DNA of 64,000 bases. Source: a virus. Shown piece after piece: positions 45,801 to 56,600 of this stretch. The position numbers and the translations under genes are program-made. The stretch lies in IMG/VR virus record IMGVR_UViG_3300049893_002799, positions 1 through 64,000 of that record; one strand, 5' to 3'. How positions within the stretch are numbered: position 1 is the first letter of the stretch; every line of letters starts with the position of its first letter. The notes under the pieces were generated by a model. It was not told the origin of the DNA. It did no database searches and was given only the letters and a program-made list of their open reading frames with translations.

Positions 45801-48493
45801 ATATATACGGTAGTTCCAGCAACTACAGGTTGAGTACCTAAAGTATCTTTGTTGTACCAGACTACATATTTCTCTGCATCTTTGGCAGAGTACATTACAA
45901 AGTAGCTAGATTGAGGTGTTAAGTTAGCTGTTTTTACATTAACTCGGCTGATTTCAGCAGCCTCATCCGCCAACAAACTAAGAAGACCTGAACCAGTATT
46001 GAGTGCTACACGACCAGGGTTGAATGCATATACGTTTCTATTTTGACTATCCTCTGGCTGATGTAAGTTTAGATGTCCAGAAGGTGCAAGAACAGCGTCG
46101 TCCCATGTATACACATTGGTGTCGGCAAAACGATAGAACAAGATGAGCTTGTTCTCAGATATCACATAGTTACTTCCCCAGCTCTCAACTGTAGGAACAA
46201 TGGATCCGCTGCCATCGCGATCGATATCTATAACTGCAATACTGTTAGCAGGAATAGCTATAGGAGAGGTCATCGTAATTGTAAGATCTGTACTCCCAGG
46301 CTTCTTAAGAGTAAGATCTGCAAGCGCGCTCACTTCCTGGTTAGCGCCGTTGGTCACACTGCGTATATTGGTGCGACCAATAATCTGCATACCGCGGTCT
46401 TGAACCCGATCTGCCATCATTGCTGTTAAGCGAGAGACGCGGGTAGTCAAGCTATCTGTAGACAATGAGTTATAGTTCTGATGACCGTTCAGTGCATTAT
46501 AGCTATTTGGCACACTGTAGTTAGGATATGTTTGTCCCAGCGAGTCCATGCCGATAAACGACATCAAGTTCTCGCTATCCATGTCGCCTATATTTGTAGT
46601 CTCACCGGCTACAACTTTTACAGTACCAAACTCTGTTCTAACATTAAGTCTTGGAAGACTTACAATTTCACCGGCAACAGGACCAGTAGTAGCAAGAGCA
46701 GACGAGATTGGAATCTGTACCTGTGTCGCATTGCGGTAGTTTACTATATACTGTCCGTTCCATGGGGAAGCACCGGCGATTAAGATAGTTTCGCCAGATT
46801 TGAAACCATGGTTGGCTGTTTCTAGAGAATAGCTGTAAGCAGTACTTCTAGCTGCAGTTGTTATCAAGCCGTAGTATGCTGCACGACCAAGATCATCGCC
46901 AGTAACAGTGGTGTTAATATAGAAAACATCTGCGCTCTCATACTCTACAACATAGGTACCAGCATATGGACCAGCAGGAATGTTAATTCTATCTTTGTCG
47001 ACGAGACCGTGACCAACATGTGTACATTTTGCAGTGATGCCGTCAGCATCTGTAATATTTAGCGAAAGAGTGACAGAAGATGCTAGCGATAAACCTAGCG
47101 AAGTATCTGATCGATAGGCCAGCCAGAAGAAGTTTCCGCCTGCAGCAGCAATACTCGGATCATCGCGATCCGTGATATTGATGTCTGTGAGTATGTACTC
47201 ACCTTGTGTGTACTGACCAACTTCAGTACCAGTGGTACCAGCATATACATCACTTAGTCTAATTGACTGCGCAAGGGCAGGCGTTGTTGTACCGCCCGCT
47301 AAAGCAGGTAGTGCATAGAACTCTTCTACTCGTAGGAAATTAAGGTTGGAGTCAGAAGATTTTTTAGCCCAATCACCTTTAGATAGGTTGATGAAGGATC
47401 CGGTGGCGCCGTTTACATAGTTGATACCGTTTTGCCAGTCAACTGCTGCAGCTACGCCGTTAAAATCTACCTCACGACTCAGATTAATCCAAGCCACTTT
47501 ATCTGATGATGGTAGAGTGATTGTGTTTGCGCGGACAATAAGATCCCTATTGTCTATAAGCGAATAATAATGAATATCTTCAGTCCAGGTCGCCTCACCG
47601 GGTGTAGTCCCTGAGTGTTGCCATTCGCCTTTAGATTTTATTGTGCTGCCAAGTGCATCTAAAAATACGTTATTGATATTCGGTCCCGCACCTGGAATAG
47701 CACTACCCTGATACCAGTACGTAGTACCGCCAATCTCCTTGATGCGAGTCATCACAACATCCATCCACTCTTTTAGAGTGCGGATGTTCTTGTCTCCACC
47801 TTGAAAAGGATTTGGATTCAAGGCGGAAGTCATCGTTGTTGATGGCTCTAGTCGAGCATATGTGGAACTTGGCTCATTTCTGAAATCATATGTTGAGAAC
47901 GGGTTTGGCGAAATGCCGCCAGTACCAAGTCTGAAAAACTGGTCACGACAATCTTGAATAGAAGAGATGACAGAGGCGCCAACAACAACTTTACAGATCG
48001 GTATAGTGTTTTCTGGAAAAGTAGAGACAGAGACATTTATCTCAATTTTGAGAGCAGTCTCGGTGTTAACGTCCTGGCTGAATTCACCGCCTTCGCCACC
48101 ATTTTGATCCGGGTCCCAGTACGCTCTACTGTCTTTTGCTGTATCAAATGTACTAAATGTTGCGTATACGAAGTTGGTGGCATTTTTTCTAAGTTCCGGG
48201 ATGAGAGGCTGTGCATTGATGTTGCCCTCTTCCAAGCCATAGTAGAATGATCCTGCTTTGGAGCCAGGATAGTAGATGATGGAGTCAGATATGCGGATAG
48301 ATACGTTTTCAGTACCGATCGCATCTTGTGGACTTATTACGTCTAACCCATAAAGAATATAGGGTTTATCTGCACCAATGAAACTCTGAATAAGATATTT
48401 AAAGTCAGCAGCTGTATAGGAATCTAGCGAGAGAAGATCTGCTAGATCAAGCCTTTCGCCGCTACCAACTAATAAGCGCCCTAGTACTGCCAA
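42881..48493 (-). CDS. large tail fibre/baseplate-associated protein (1870 aa) with internal repeats
   Basis: Four ~40-aa DG..M.A.L.....KI..L..P....DA..K.YVD repeats, two GEANTASNVG repeats and two YDETY...YLNG modules; TTG start with GGAG SD. Confidence 0.75.
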   Translation of the reverse strand: MAVLGRLLVGSGERLDLADLLSLDSYTAADFKYLIQSFIGADKPYILYGLDVISPQDAIGTENVSIRISDSIIYYPGSKAGSFYYGLEEGNINAQPLIPELRKNATNFVYATFSTFDTAKDSRAYWDPDQNGGEGGEFSQDVNTETALKIEINVSVSTFPENTIPICKVVVGASVISSIQDCRDQFFRLGTGGISPNPFSTYDFRNEPSSTYARLEPSTTMTSALNPNPFQGGDKNIRTLKEWMDVVMTRIKEIGGTTYWYQGSAIPGAGPNINNVFLDALGSTIKSKGEWQHSGTTPGEATWTEDIHYYSLIDNRDLIVRANTITLPSSDKVAWINLSREVDFNGVAAAVDWQNGINYVNGATGSFINLSKGDWAKKSSDSNLNFLRVEEFYALPALAGGTTTPALAQSIRLSDVYAGTTGTEVGQYTQGEYILTDINITDRDDPSIAAAGGNFFWLAYRSDTSLGLSLASSVTLSLNITDADGITAKCTHVGHGLVDKDRINIPAGPYAGTYVVEYESADVFYINTTVTGDDLGRAAYYGLITTAARSTAYSYSLETANHGFKSGETILIAGASPWNGQYIVNYRNATQVQIPISSALATTGPVAGEIVSLPRLNVRTEFGTVKVVAGETTNIGDMDSENLMSFIGMDSLGQTYPNYSVPNSYNALNGHQNYNSLSTDSLTTRVSRLTAMMADRVQDRGMQIIGRTNIRSVTNGANQEVSALADLTLKKPGSTDLTITMTSPIAIPANSIAVIDIDRDGSGSIVPTVESWGSNYVISENKLILFYRFADTNVYTWDDAVLAPSGHLNLHQPEDSQNRNVYAFNPGRVALNTGSGLLSLLADEAAEISRVNVKTANLTPQSSYFVMYSAKDAEKYVVWYNKDTLGTQPVVAGTTVYIEVNIATGDSAAVVASNTIGAINGAASVEVTASSYSSDTVLLTNDAVGSTTNIADGAVGTTYTFTVQQSGFDPDIEIIIPGAANRNIVDVDAINALGTLILADGQCAWVRINRFAAKTFNTISLTDTPDTDLAGAIYITNIDVAPIDQDVFILWTRIQDTIAETNKAQRPDGNVYDETYVVVAGIPSNQYELQGPVLAGVELILPNDSRDVISGIQEYIVGSGQLEIYLNGQYLRSVDNWSEIGTTGALSKRITLTQDLEIGDKLTFRIDAHGAVYFASDGSGGGDLQDSYDAGRFINISSGQPIVITGPASQKLMSIQGDIEVTGVIDPAGLTLSQEASDPLGASDYGFWRNASDQLIFKRGANPAFNFDTNFIRRDGSLNMLADLDLNNFKITNIAAPIAGTDAARKTDVDSLSTTINNDFIRRDGTNTMQANLDMDSNQLTNLPAPISGNDATRKSYVDTNFLKLNGGNPMQADLDMDGFKIVDLGAPTNPNDATRKTYVDSNFLKLDGTNPMAANLNFNGFKGTNLLDPTAAQDAATKNYVDTAGKDKVLTLYTNLSGSTINAGTIVYVTASGSIAPANASSLNTAKGTIGVATTNIAHLAAGYVQVKGKIAVNGTLAVGNIAYLSTSTGAATTTPPSTSGDSLVILGVATATSEVELQVQFVRVLENAYDETYDIVSGAPSNDYELTGPITTGTTLTLPDDSRDGGNPRSYIVGEGILQLYLNGDKLRTGVDYTEIGTIGTQSTQVQIQQDLSIGDSLTFVVPLVGETVVVGVGGGEANTASNVGTGAGNVFKQKNGIDLEFRRIKAGTNISVSQIGDDVEIAAVGSGEANTASNVGGGAGVFKQKTGVDLELRSLTSTSGVSVTQNASTIDISAKLNVRSISSTDTALLSDDLILVNTSGGIVTINLPAAASALGKKYYIKKIDSSSNNMVLDPNGAETIDGASTKTSNVQYEAFTIVCDGTTWWLV

Positions 48494-48538
48494 AGTTAGT
48501 TCTCCATATGCCTGAGTTCACTTAAAATTATACCGTAA

Positions 48539-50662
48539 CTATTGCTGACCTATCGGCCATAATGTATCACTGTCGCTACGATATACATCAAGTGTATTGT
48601 ATAGCTGCTGGGGATACCTGATTAGAAATTCTATGAATATACCTACCGACTTAACTTGTCTCATCAAGTCTTGGAGTATTTCTCTAGCTACAGCTGGATC
48701 GGTCACGTACATACTGTACTCTTTTCCGAGCCCACTCATCACTATAGCCCCTCGCTTCCTGATTACCGTAACACTTGAACCTATCTCGTGGTTTTGTTTA
48801 AAAACATAAGCTGGATCAAGTTGAAGAGAGTTAGCTGTAGGCTTATATAATATCCTAACAGGACCCTCCTGAAACTCTGTACCGAAATCAAAAATAGCGT
48901 ACGATTCCTGGTCCGCAATATTATTTGGCGAGGCAATCGGCAATGTTCTTACATTGTTACCCGCTTTTATCTCACTTTGTATAGTAGATGTAAGTGAAGA
49001 TAGTACAAAAGCCGCATTTTTATCCCAAATGTATGGACCATATATACCGGTATCTAGTTGAGCACTTGTTAGATAGGCAATACTTCCCTCATTTGCCATA
49101 CCTACTCTTTCTACCCTGCAAACTCCACCAGTATTGATGCCAGCAGGCCCAACTGCAGAGTATGTGAAGGATGTTGGGGTTGGAACCGTCTCGATTAAGA
49201 AGGTTCCGTTCATCGTAGTATCCGCTACAGTATTTTGAACTCTTACCCCTTCGCCAACAGCAAATCCATGAGGCAAAGTTGTGACCACAGTAACTGTAGT
49301 ACCTGCGCGAGTAGCAGTCGATATATTTGCTTCAAATAGGCCTGCTATTTCTGGTAAATCAGGTGTAATTCCGTTAAGTACATTGCCTGTTTTAGAGGTG
49401 TATGAGTATATTTGCTTCTTGTCAAAGCGCGTATTAAAGTCCTTGGTTACAACAATGTCTTCAGAAACAGTGAGTATATGTGTCTGAATTTCTTCAAGTT
49501 CTTGAAGCACAAACTGTCCACCGTTGAGCGGCCAATCAGAGGCATCTGTAAGTTCTAGAGATGTTGCACTCAGGCGATTTTCTACTCTTTGTGAAAAATC
49601 GTTGAAGTGAGCCGAACCAATCAAACTACGCTTAACAACAGGTGGTGATGCCGGCATTTCCACTATAATTTCACCTGGTGAAACTTCCCACACTACAGAT
49701 CTAGAATCATTGCTGTATATTACTAATTTTAAAGGTGCTCTAAAGTTTAAAAACGTTGACGATGTGTGAACATGCGAACCAGGAGTACCAAATAAGTTAA
49801 CAAACGTGAACGAGTTTGTTGACAAATCTATACTCTTGACTTCAAACGAACCACTGTTTCCCGGTATTTCAATTATTGCGATGTCCCCAACTTGGACCTG
49901 ATTTAAGTTTGGTGTCGATCCACCGGTGTGCTGAAACGTCATCGTATCGCCGACTTTGGTTATTGTCCAAGTGGTTCCGACGCTTGCACCGGCTAGATTA
50001 TTAAAGCCTTTAAATTTTAAAGCAATATCGGCTCTACCACCTAGAACTTGCACCGATCCTTTTGAGCCAATGGTGTTAGTGAATAATCTGATGAATTTTT
50101 TCTTCTGAATACGATCATCAAACACAATGGCGAATGAGTTAGTTGCCTGCCTGTTGATGGCTCCCACTATCTCTTCAGCAGTAGCAGCGGCGATATTGGT
50201 AAAATCTTCGCTCTTAAATATGATACGTTCGTCTATGTTCTGGTCAATTTTATACTGTAGTTCCCAGCCATTACTAAGAGCAAATGGTTCAAATGACTCA
50301 GATTGACTGAAGGAGGTAGTTGTTTCTTTAAAGAAGAAGATGTCAAGAAGCATGTCCATCACTAACTTTACTTGCTTAGGCTGATAAGCTAGCACTGGAA
50401 TATACTTACGAAAATCAGAATCTTGCATACCGACGTAGCGCGGACGCGCCACCTTAAAGTTAGATCCTAATCTGTCCAAATATGGGCGTGAGGCAGTCTT
50501 TACAAAAAATTGCTTACGAACTTCTTCTACTAGATCCGCAAGATTTTGATCAGACTCACCGAGGGCTTCAACAAGAGCTTTCCAGTTCGGATTCTGACGA
50601 GTCTTAAAATATCTCGGCAGCTCGTCGTGTATGCGATCTATTTTGCTCTTATTAGATGCCAT
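48539..50662 (-). CDS. baseplate wedge subunit (putative)
   Basis: YLDRLG...RP...D.DFR N-terminal motif and a C-terminal VKSVGI; follows the baseplate J-like gene. Confidence 0.65.
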   Translation of the reverse strand: MASNKSKIDRIHDELPRYFKTRQNPNWKALVEALGESDQNLADLVEEVRKQFFVKTASRPYLDRLGSNFKVARPRYVGMQDSDFRKYIPVLAYQPKQVKLVMDMLLDIFFFKETTTSFSQSESFEPFALSNGWELQYKIDQNIDERIIFKSEDFTNIAAATAEEIVGAINRQATNSFAIVFDDRIQKKKFIRLFTNTIGSKGSVQVLGGRADIALKFKGFNNLAGASVGTTWTITKVGDTMTFQHTGGSTPNLNQVQVGDIAIIEIPGNSGSFEVKSIDLSTNSFTFVNLFGTPGSHVHTSSTFLNFRAPLKLVIYSNDSRSVVWEVSPGEIIVEMPASPPVVKRSLIGSAHFNDFSQRVENRLSATSLELTDASDWPLNGGQFVLQELEEIQTHILTVSEDIVVTKDFNTRFDKKQIYSYTSKTGNVLNGITPDLPEIAGLFEANISTATRAGTTVTVVTTLPHGFAVGEGVRVQNTVADTTMNGTFLIETVPTPTSFTYSAVGPAGINTGGVCRVERVGMANEGSIAYLTSAQLDTGIYGPYIWDKNAAFVLSSLTSTIQSEIKAGNNVRTLPIASPNNIADQESYAIFDFGTEFQEGPVRILYKPTANSLQLDPAYVFKQNHEIGSSVTVIRKRGAIVMSGLGKEYSMYVTDPAVAREILQDLMRQVKSVGIFIEFLIRYPQQLYNTLDVYRSDSDTLWPIGQQ

Positions 50663-50683
50663 TCATGACCTCGAAATAATAAA

Positions 50684-53600
50684 TTACGCTACACTGATAT
50701 CTGAAGGTTCTATAAATGCTCTCTCATTGTCGGAGACAGGTATTCTGCCCTCTGTAGTAGCAAGTAGTGAACTTACAGTAACTGCTTCAACACCGGTTAT
50801 ACCCATCACTCTTACTATCACTTCAGCAAGAATGGCGTCGTTGCCTACACCTAAAGTATTGATGTAGTTAATTATAGCAGACTTGATATCGTTAGTTACA
50901 TCATTTAAGTTAACACCTTCATTGGTAGTTACCTGAAGAGTCATGCTTACGCGCTTAATCAGTGGCGGTAGGGTTTCAATAATGCCGCCAATAGCTCGAC
51001 GACCTGGATATGTGATAGAGTCAGGCTCATACCCGTCAACAATCCTCTGCACCGTACGCATCAGTCCCGTATAGTATGTGTAACCATCGATACCTGTCGT
51101 AACATCTGTAGAGTAGTCTAATTTACCTATAGGCTGAATCTGCGAACCGTTGGCTTGAGCAATCTTGTATGCTCTTGTTGCCGGAACCATGAATATCTGG
51201 CGCCTATTTTCATTAAATACATCAATCGCTGTGTGCTCAACGCGTCTCATCGAGCGATATGTGTTCTTCTCGCCTTCCAGCAAGAAATATCCTATTGGAC
51301 TTACACTTATCTGTCGAGCTGTTTGAGACTGACCAGCAGAGTTTTCTATACGAACAAAAGGTCTACAATCCGATGTGCTGCCAATCTGTACTATATTAAA
51401 CGAGCCCGAGTTAACTGAACTAAACCAGTTTGTGTTTGCTATATTGTCCACAAACAGAGTATCATCAATGCGCGCTGAGTCTCCCTCAAATACTTGAATA
51501 TCATTGATGCTACTTAAGTATACACCTTTATTGATGTCAGAATTCTGATCCAAGGATACGCCTATAGACGTGGCGGTCGTTCCTTGGTAATTGCCACCAA
51601 GATAAATTATTGTAGCAGTGTCAAAAGAGCCTGTATTTTTACCAATAACCTGACGATAAAGTGTCTCATCGTCTTCTTTTTTCTTAACCCAGTCACCAGT
51701 AGCGAGATTCTTAAACGATCCAGCTATACCGATAACTTGATCGGAGTTAGAGGTCCAATTGACAGATATGTCTAAGTTATTGAATGCAACTAATGTATCG
51801 AGCTCTTCAACAGCAATCTCATTCTGGAAAATTAATGCATCATTGCTTACGCCGAGTATTCTAAAAGTACCCGAATTAGTGCTCTTGAATGTATCGCCGG
51901 ATATCACTAGTGTGTCATCGATAGCAATACCGCAGTCGATAAAACCAGGTGCATCACCGTCTATATGGCGAATCTTATATAGATTATTGAAACCCAAAGA
52001 CTCTACAGCATATCTAGTAATTGCAGCACCATTTTTAATAACATGGCCTTTTAAGTAGGTAGCTGTAGAACCAGCAGCAACATCTGTGTACGTGAACTGT
52101 GTGGGACTTATTACAGATACCACTGTCTTTGTAACCGTAGCTCCAGAATACAGTGGGTTATCCGATATATCTGTAGAATCACCCTCTTTAAGACCATGCG
52201 GTGAAGTAGTACTAACAGTATAAGTCGTACTTAAGTTGACGGTACTTATTTGTACTATGGCTGCTTTTGCAGAATGCTTAAGGTTCCATCGGATTATCGG
52301 AGAAGGAGCAATATTCACGCTTCCTGTGCCGATAGCCTGGTTTGTCATTGCAACGCCAGATGGATTCACTACATCAACGTACCTACTAGCGGCGTTTACG
52401 TTAATAATTGGAAGTCCAGCTACATTAGTATCACCAGTAGATTTAGCCTTATTACCGCTGCTCCAGCCGCCTGGGAATGTATTGTATGCGCAAAGTAGAT
52501 CACCAGCAACAACATCATCCAGGTTTGCACCTTGCGTCTGCGATCCGGTGAAATGGGTTAAGAATGCAGGAGTTGACAGGAGCTTAATTGCCAGTGCAGA
52601 CACGATTTGGTCTTCGGTATCTGTGCTTAGGATATCAACTTCTATTTTATTGGTTGCGGCTATATAAGTAGCACCAGTAGGAGCTGTACCTGCATTGTTG
52701 ACATCAAACCATACGGCAAAAGTTACGCCGCCGGCTGTCTGGAACGTGAAGTAATCTGCTTGCGTAGGAACACCTGATACAGTTAATCTGAAATGTTGCT
52801 TAGTTCCAGGAGTAAATGGTGGAACTACCAAATCATTGATACCTAAGGTAAACAACTCGAATTGTAGGTTTGCCGCATCAGTGATACCTGCTGCAATCTC
52901 GTCATCGGGCCCTATAGAGGCAGCACCATTGACAACTGCTGTTATGTCGAAATAAGATCCACCATCATTGTGTGTCCAGCGCCAGATTGTTCCAGCAGGA
53001 CGCCCGTAGGTTGTAGATTGGTCTGCTATAGTCCAGCGAACATATGGACTAAACTGAGTATCCTTGTGGTTCCAGCGATACTCGACATTGCTGCCCACGC
53101 CCTTAAATACATCAATGGTGTCAGACAACTGTAGGCGAGATAGTCGTTTTGTCGGTTGTGCGTTCACAACTTCGACGTAGTCTCCCTTTGTTAAAGTAAC
53201 AGGGAAAGCTGCCGTCTTAACTTCCAAGAAGTCCTTGCTTGCTCCTGGAGAAACTTGACCATCGCCAAATATCGATAGGTCGACGCTGTTAGCGTTTCCG
53301 CCAATAACTTCTACAGCACCATCAGATCCAAGTTGCTTAGACTTAATCTGTACTTTACGAATTGCATTAGATATAGAGATGTCTGACACAATAGGTAGCT
53401 GTGATAAGGCTTTTTGTGTAAAGTGATGATAAACATTGTTCAATGTGACAGGTACTAACTTAAAGAATTCGCCAAGGTCTGCTGTATCATGGTTGGGTGC
53501 AGTATCTAGCGAATAAGCTGTCGGAGCAACACCTTGGAGAATCAGTGCTTTCTTTAAGGTGAAGTTAGGTGCCGTATTCTCAAACTGCTTAACCCAGCTC

Positions 53601-56600
53601 AAGCCATCGTAGAGAGACACGTACCCATTGATGCTATTCAGCGGATCCGGATCATGCCCATATGATAAGGACAAGCTATAGTTATTAGGACCAGCAGGAA
53701 CATACTCTTCGTCGCGAGTTGCCTTTGTGATCGGGTTTGTGCCATCAACTTCAGCAGCATATAAAATATTGCTGTCGCTGTTTATCTTAGACACTATATC
53801 AGATACAGCTGTTCCTGTTAAGGAGAATATCATTATCGATGTAGCTATTGCTACGGTTTCATCAACTGGATTTACGCCAGATACAGACTGAGCAACAGTG
53901 AATCCAGACGTACCAGCACTCTGACCAGTTCTACCGCCATCTGCTCCGTCTGTAACAGTAATCACGTTGGCGAGCACCGTTGCAGATGCATACGCGGAAT
54001 CACTGTTTATTACCACGGCAGTTTTTGTTGCAATCGTGTTAGCTCCATCACCTGCGGCGACAGTAGGAATACGCACTGCTCGGCTCGCTCCATGAAGCGG
54101 TTGTGGAGTAACACCGGTAACGTCGTACCAGAATGCCACAGTTCCATCAACATCTGGCAGAATGAAATACTTACCGTCTACGCTTGATGGGTTAGAGCCA
54201 GCAACAAGTATAGTCGCTGTTAATGTTGCACCAAGGTTGCCGACAGTTGGTGTGCCAAACAGTCCTTCATCAGCATTAGTAACAGTAACAACAAGTCCCG
54301 CAGCAATAGCGTCAAATTCAGGGTCTGCTGTAATCGCTGCGGCTGTTTTAGCAGCTACAGTGATATCGGAATCAGTGCCCAAAGCTTTAACGACAATAAT
54401 CCTATTCGCACCACCGTAAAAAGCTGGCGGATTGACAATACTGTCCGTGTCGAACACAACTGCGACTTTACCAGCAGAATCATACAGTTCAAAGTATTCA
54501 TCTTCATTGATGTCAGCAGGGTTACCACTAACATGAGTAAAGCCAGAAAACTGTACTACAGTCTTAGACCCTACGATATCTGCTATAGTTGTAACTGTAC
54601 TAACTTCAGGTGAACCTACGCCGGTTACTGCACCATTTGGGTTATATACATCTACGGTTTTTGTTAGGTTGTTAACACCTTTAATTCTAAACTGCCCACG
54701 ATTCTGTATACTAATCCCAGAATCCGCCAGCATGCTGATAATGTCACCCACTACCACTGTTGCTAGGTTAGTTGCAGGATTCAGGAATGTCAGACGGTAG
54801 TCATCGCCACCTAATGATGTTACGCTAATCTGATCACCTGCCGTTACACCAGTGGCCTTAATAACACCTGAACCAAATACGTATGTGTCGGTAGTATAGT
54901 CTGGTGTAGTATCATGTGATACCAAGCTATTCTGATTAGGGAAAGTAGGATACTCAATGCGGAATCTATAGTTATCACCATGAGGCCCGTACTCTCTAGC
55001 ACGAAGAAGCATAGCTCCACCGCCAGATGTGGCTCCACCAGATACATACCAGTTTCTTGAGCGGAACCAAACTGCATAATCTTTAAACTCTGTCTTGTTA
55101 GCAGTCTTTCCCCATACCTGTAAACTTGAGAATGTAATGCCTGGCTCATTGTCTACGTCATGTGCAGAGAATGATAGGTCAGTGGGTGGGAAACTACTAC
55201 TAATACGACCAGTTCGCGACATCTTGATATCAATCGTTTTTGCGACCGAGTCTTGATCAAGGATAAGTACGATACTATCTTCTGCATTTATGGACACAGG
55301 GCGCATTAGATTGAATCTGTCGCCCGCACTATAGTCCATAAGCGTTCTTGGGAGCGCGTGCTGAGTTCCAACTTTATCAGTTGCAAGTTTATCGCGTACG
55401 CTTCTGTAGTGTCCTTTGTTGTTGCCGGATAGATTGTTAATAACATCATCGTAGTCAACAACCGCAGGATCTAGGTTATCTGTGGACTGGAGCTCTTCAC
55501 TGTAGGTATCAATACCTTCAGTTCCTGGAACAGCACTAGATGTGAGGTTGCCGCCTATATCACTATAGGTTACGCGATCTAGCCATACATTCTTATTGGG
55601 TACAGCATCTGCGCTCTCATTAGTAGGCTCAGTAATCTTGAAGAATGTTACTGCGTCTTTAGACGATACTCTGTTTGCTATATGAGATGGGTTGCCCTCA
55701 TTTTGACCTTGTTGACTTTCAAACAGTAGAGTCGAGTTTCCGCTTGATACAGGTAGCGCTATACTGCCTTCATCTTCTGTGGTAGAAGAGATCTTGATAG
55801 CATCTGTTTTAAATATAGATGCTCTCACGTTAACGAGGTTGCTGTTTATCGTATCCACGATATTCTGTATAGTTGCAGACGGAGGCGTCGCAGTAAACGA
55901 TCCTTTCCACAGTTGAGGATATTCGTCGGAGCTAAAAATCTGTATATCTTCTGATGCAAGAACTACATGTACACCTGGAACAATGTTGACATTTTTAACT
56001 TCAATATATGAATCAGTACTGGCCGTCGTATGCTCACCTTTAGATATTATTCTATAGAGTCCGCAGTTAGCAGGATCAATCCAGCTGCCGATACCGCGAC
56101 TAGCTATATAGATATAGTCGTGCGGTTGAGCTGCATCAAAAGCAGATAGTGAGTCAGACATGAGTCTCATGACATCGCTACCTTGATCAGTTACGGTGAT
56201 GGTATTTCCAATCGCTAAGCCAACACCAAACCTTGGCTCAACTTTCTGAGCGTCAGCTACAACTAGCAGCTCAGCAGCCCTATTATTGGAATCCAATGAT
56301 ACGTTGAAGTTACCAGTTATAGTTTCACTAGATGTGAAGCTACCTTTGGCATCATCAGTTCCAGCGGTTACTGTATCGCCCATTGCGATATCGCGCAGTA
56401 TCCTGAGATTACCTGTCTGACGATTTAGTTCAAAATCTGAATTTTGACCTACAGCCGATATCTCTTGATTACTAAAGAATTTATCGAAATAAGTTCCACC
56501 CTCAATAATGAGCGCAGACGATGATCCTTCTTTATTGGATATGATCTGCATGCGGCCACTTGAAGTAGCTGTTGCAGTAATACCGGCATACTTATTGTTG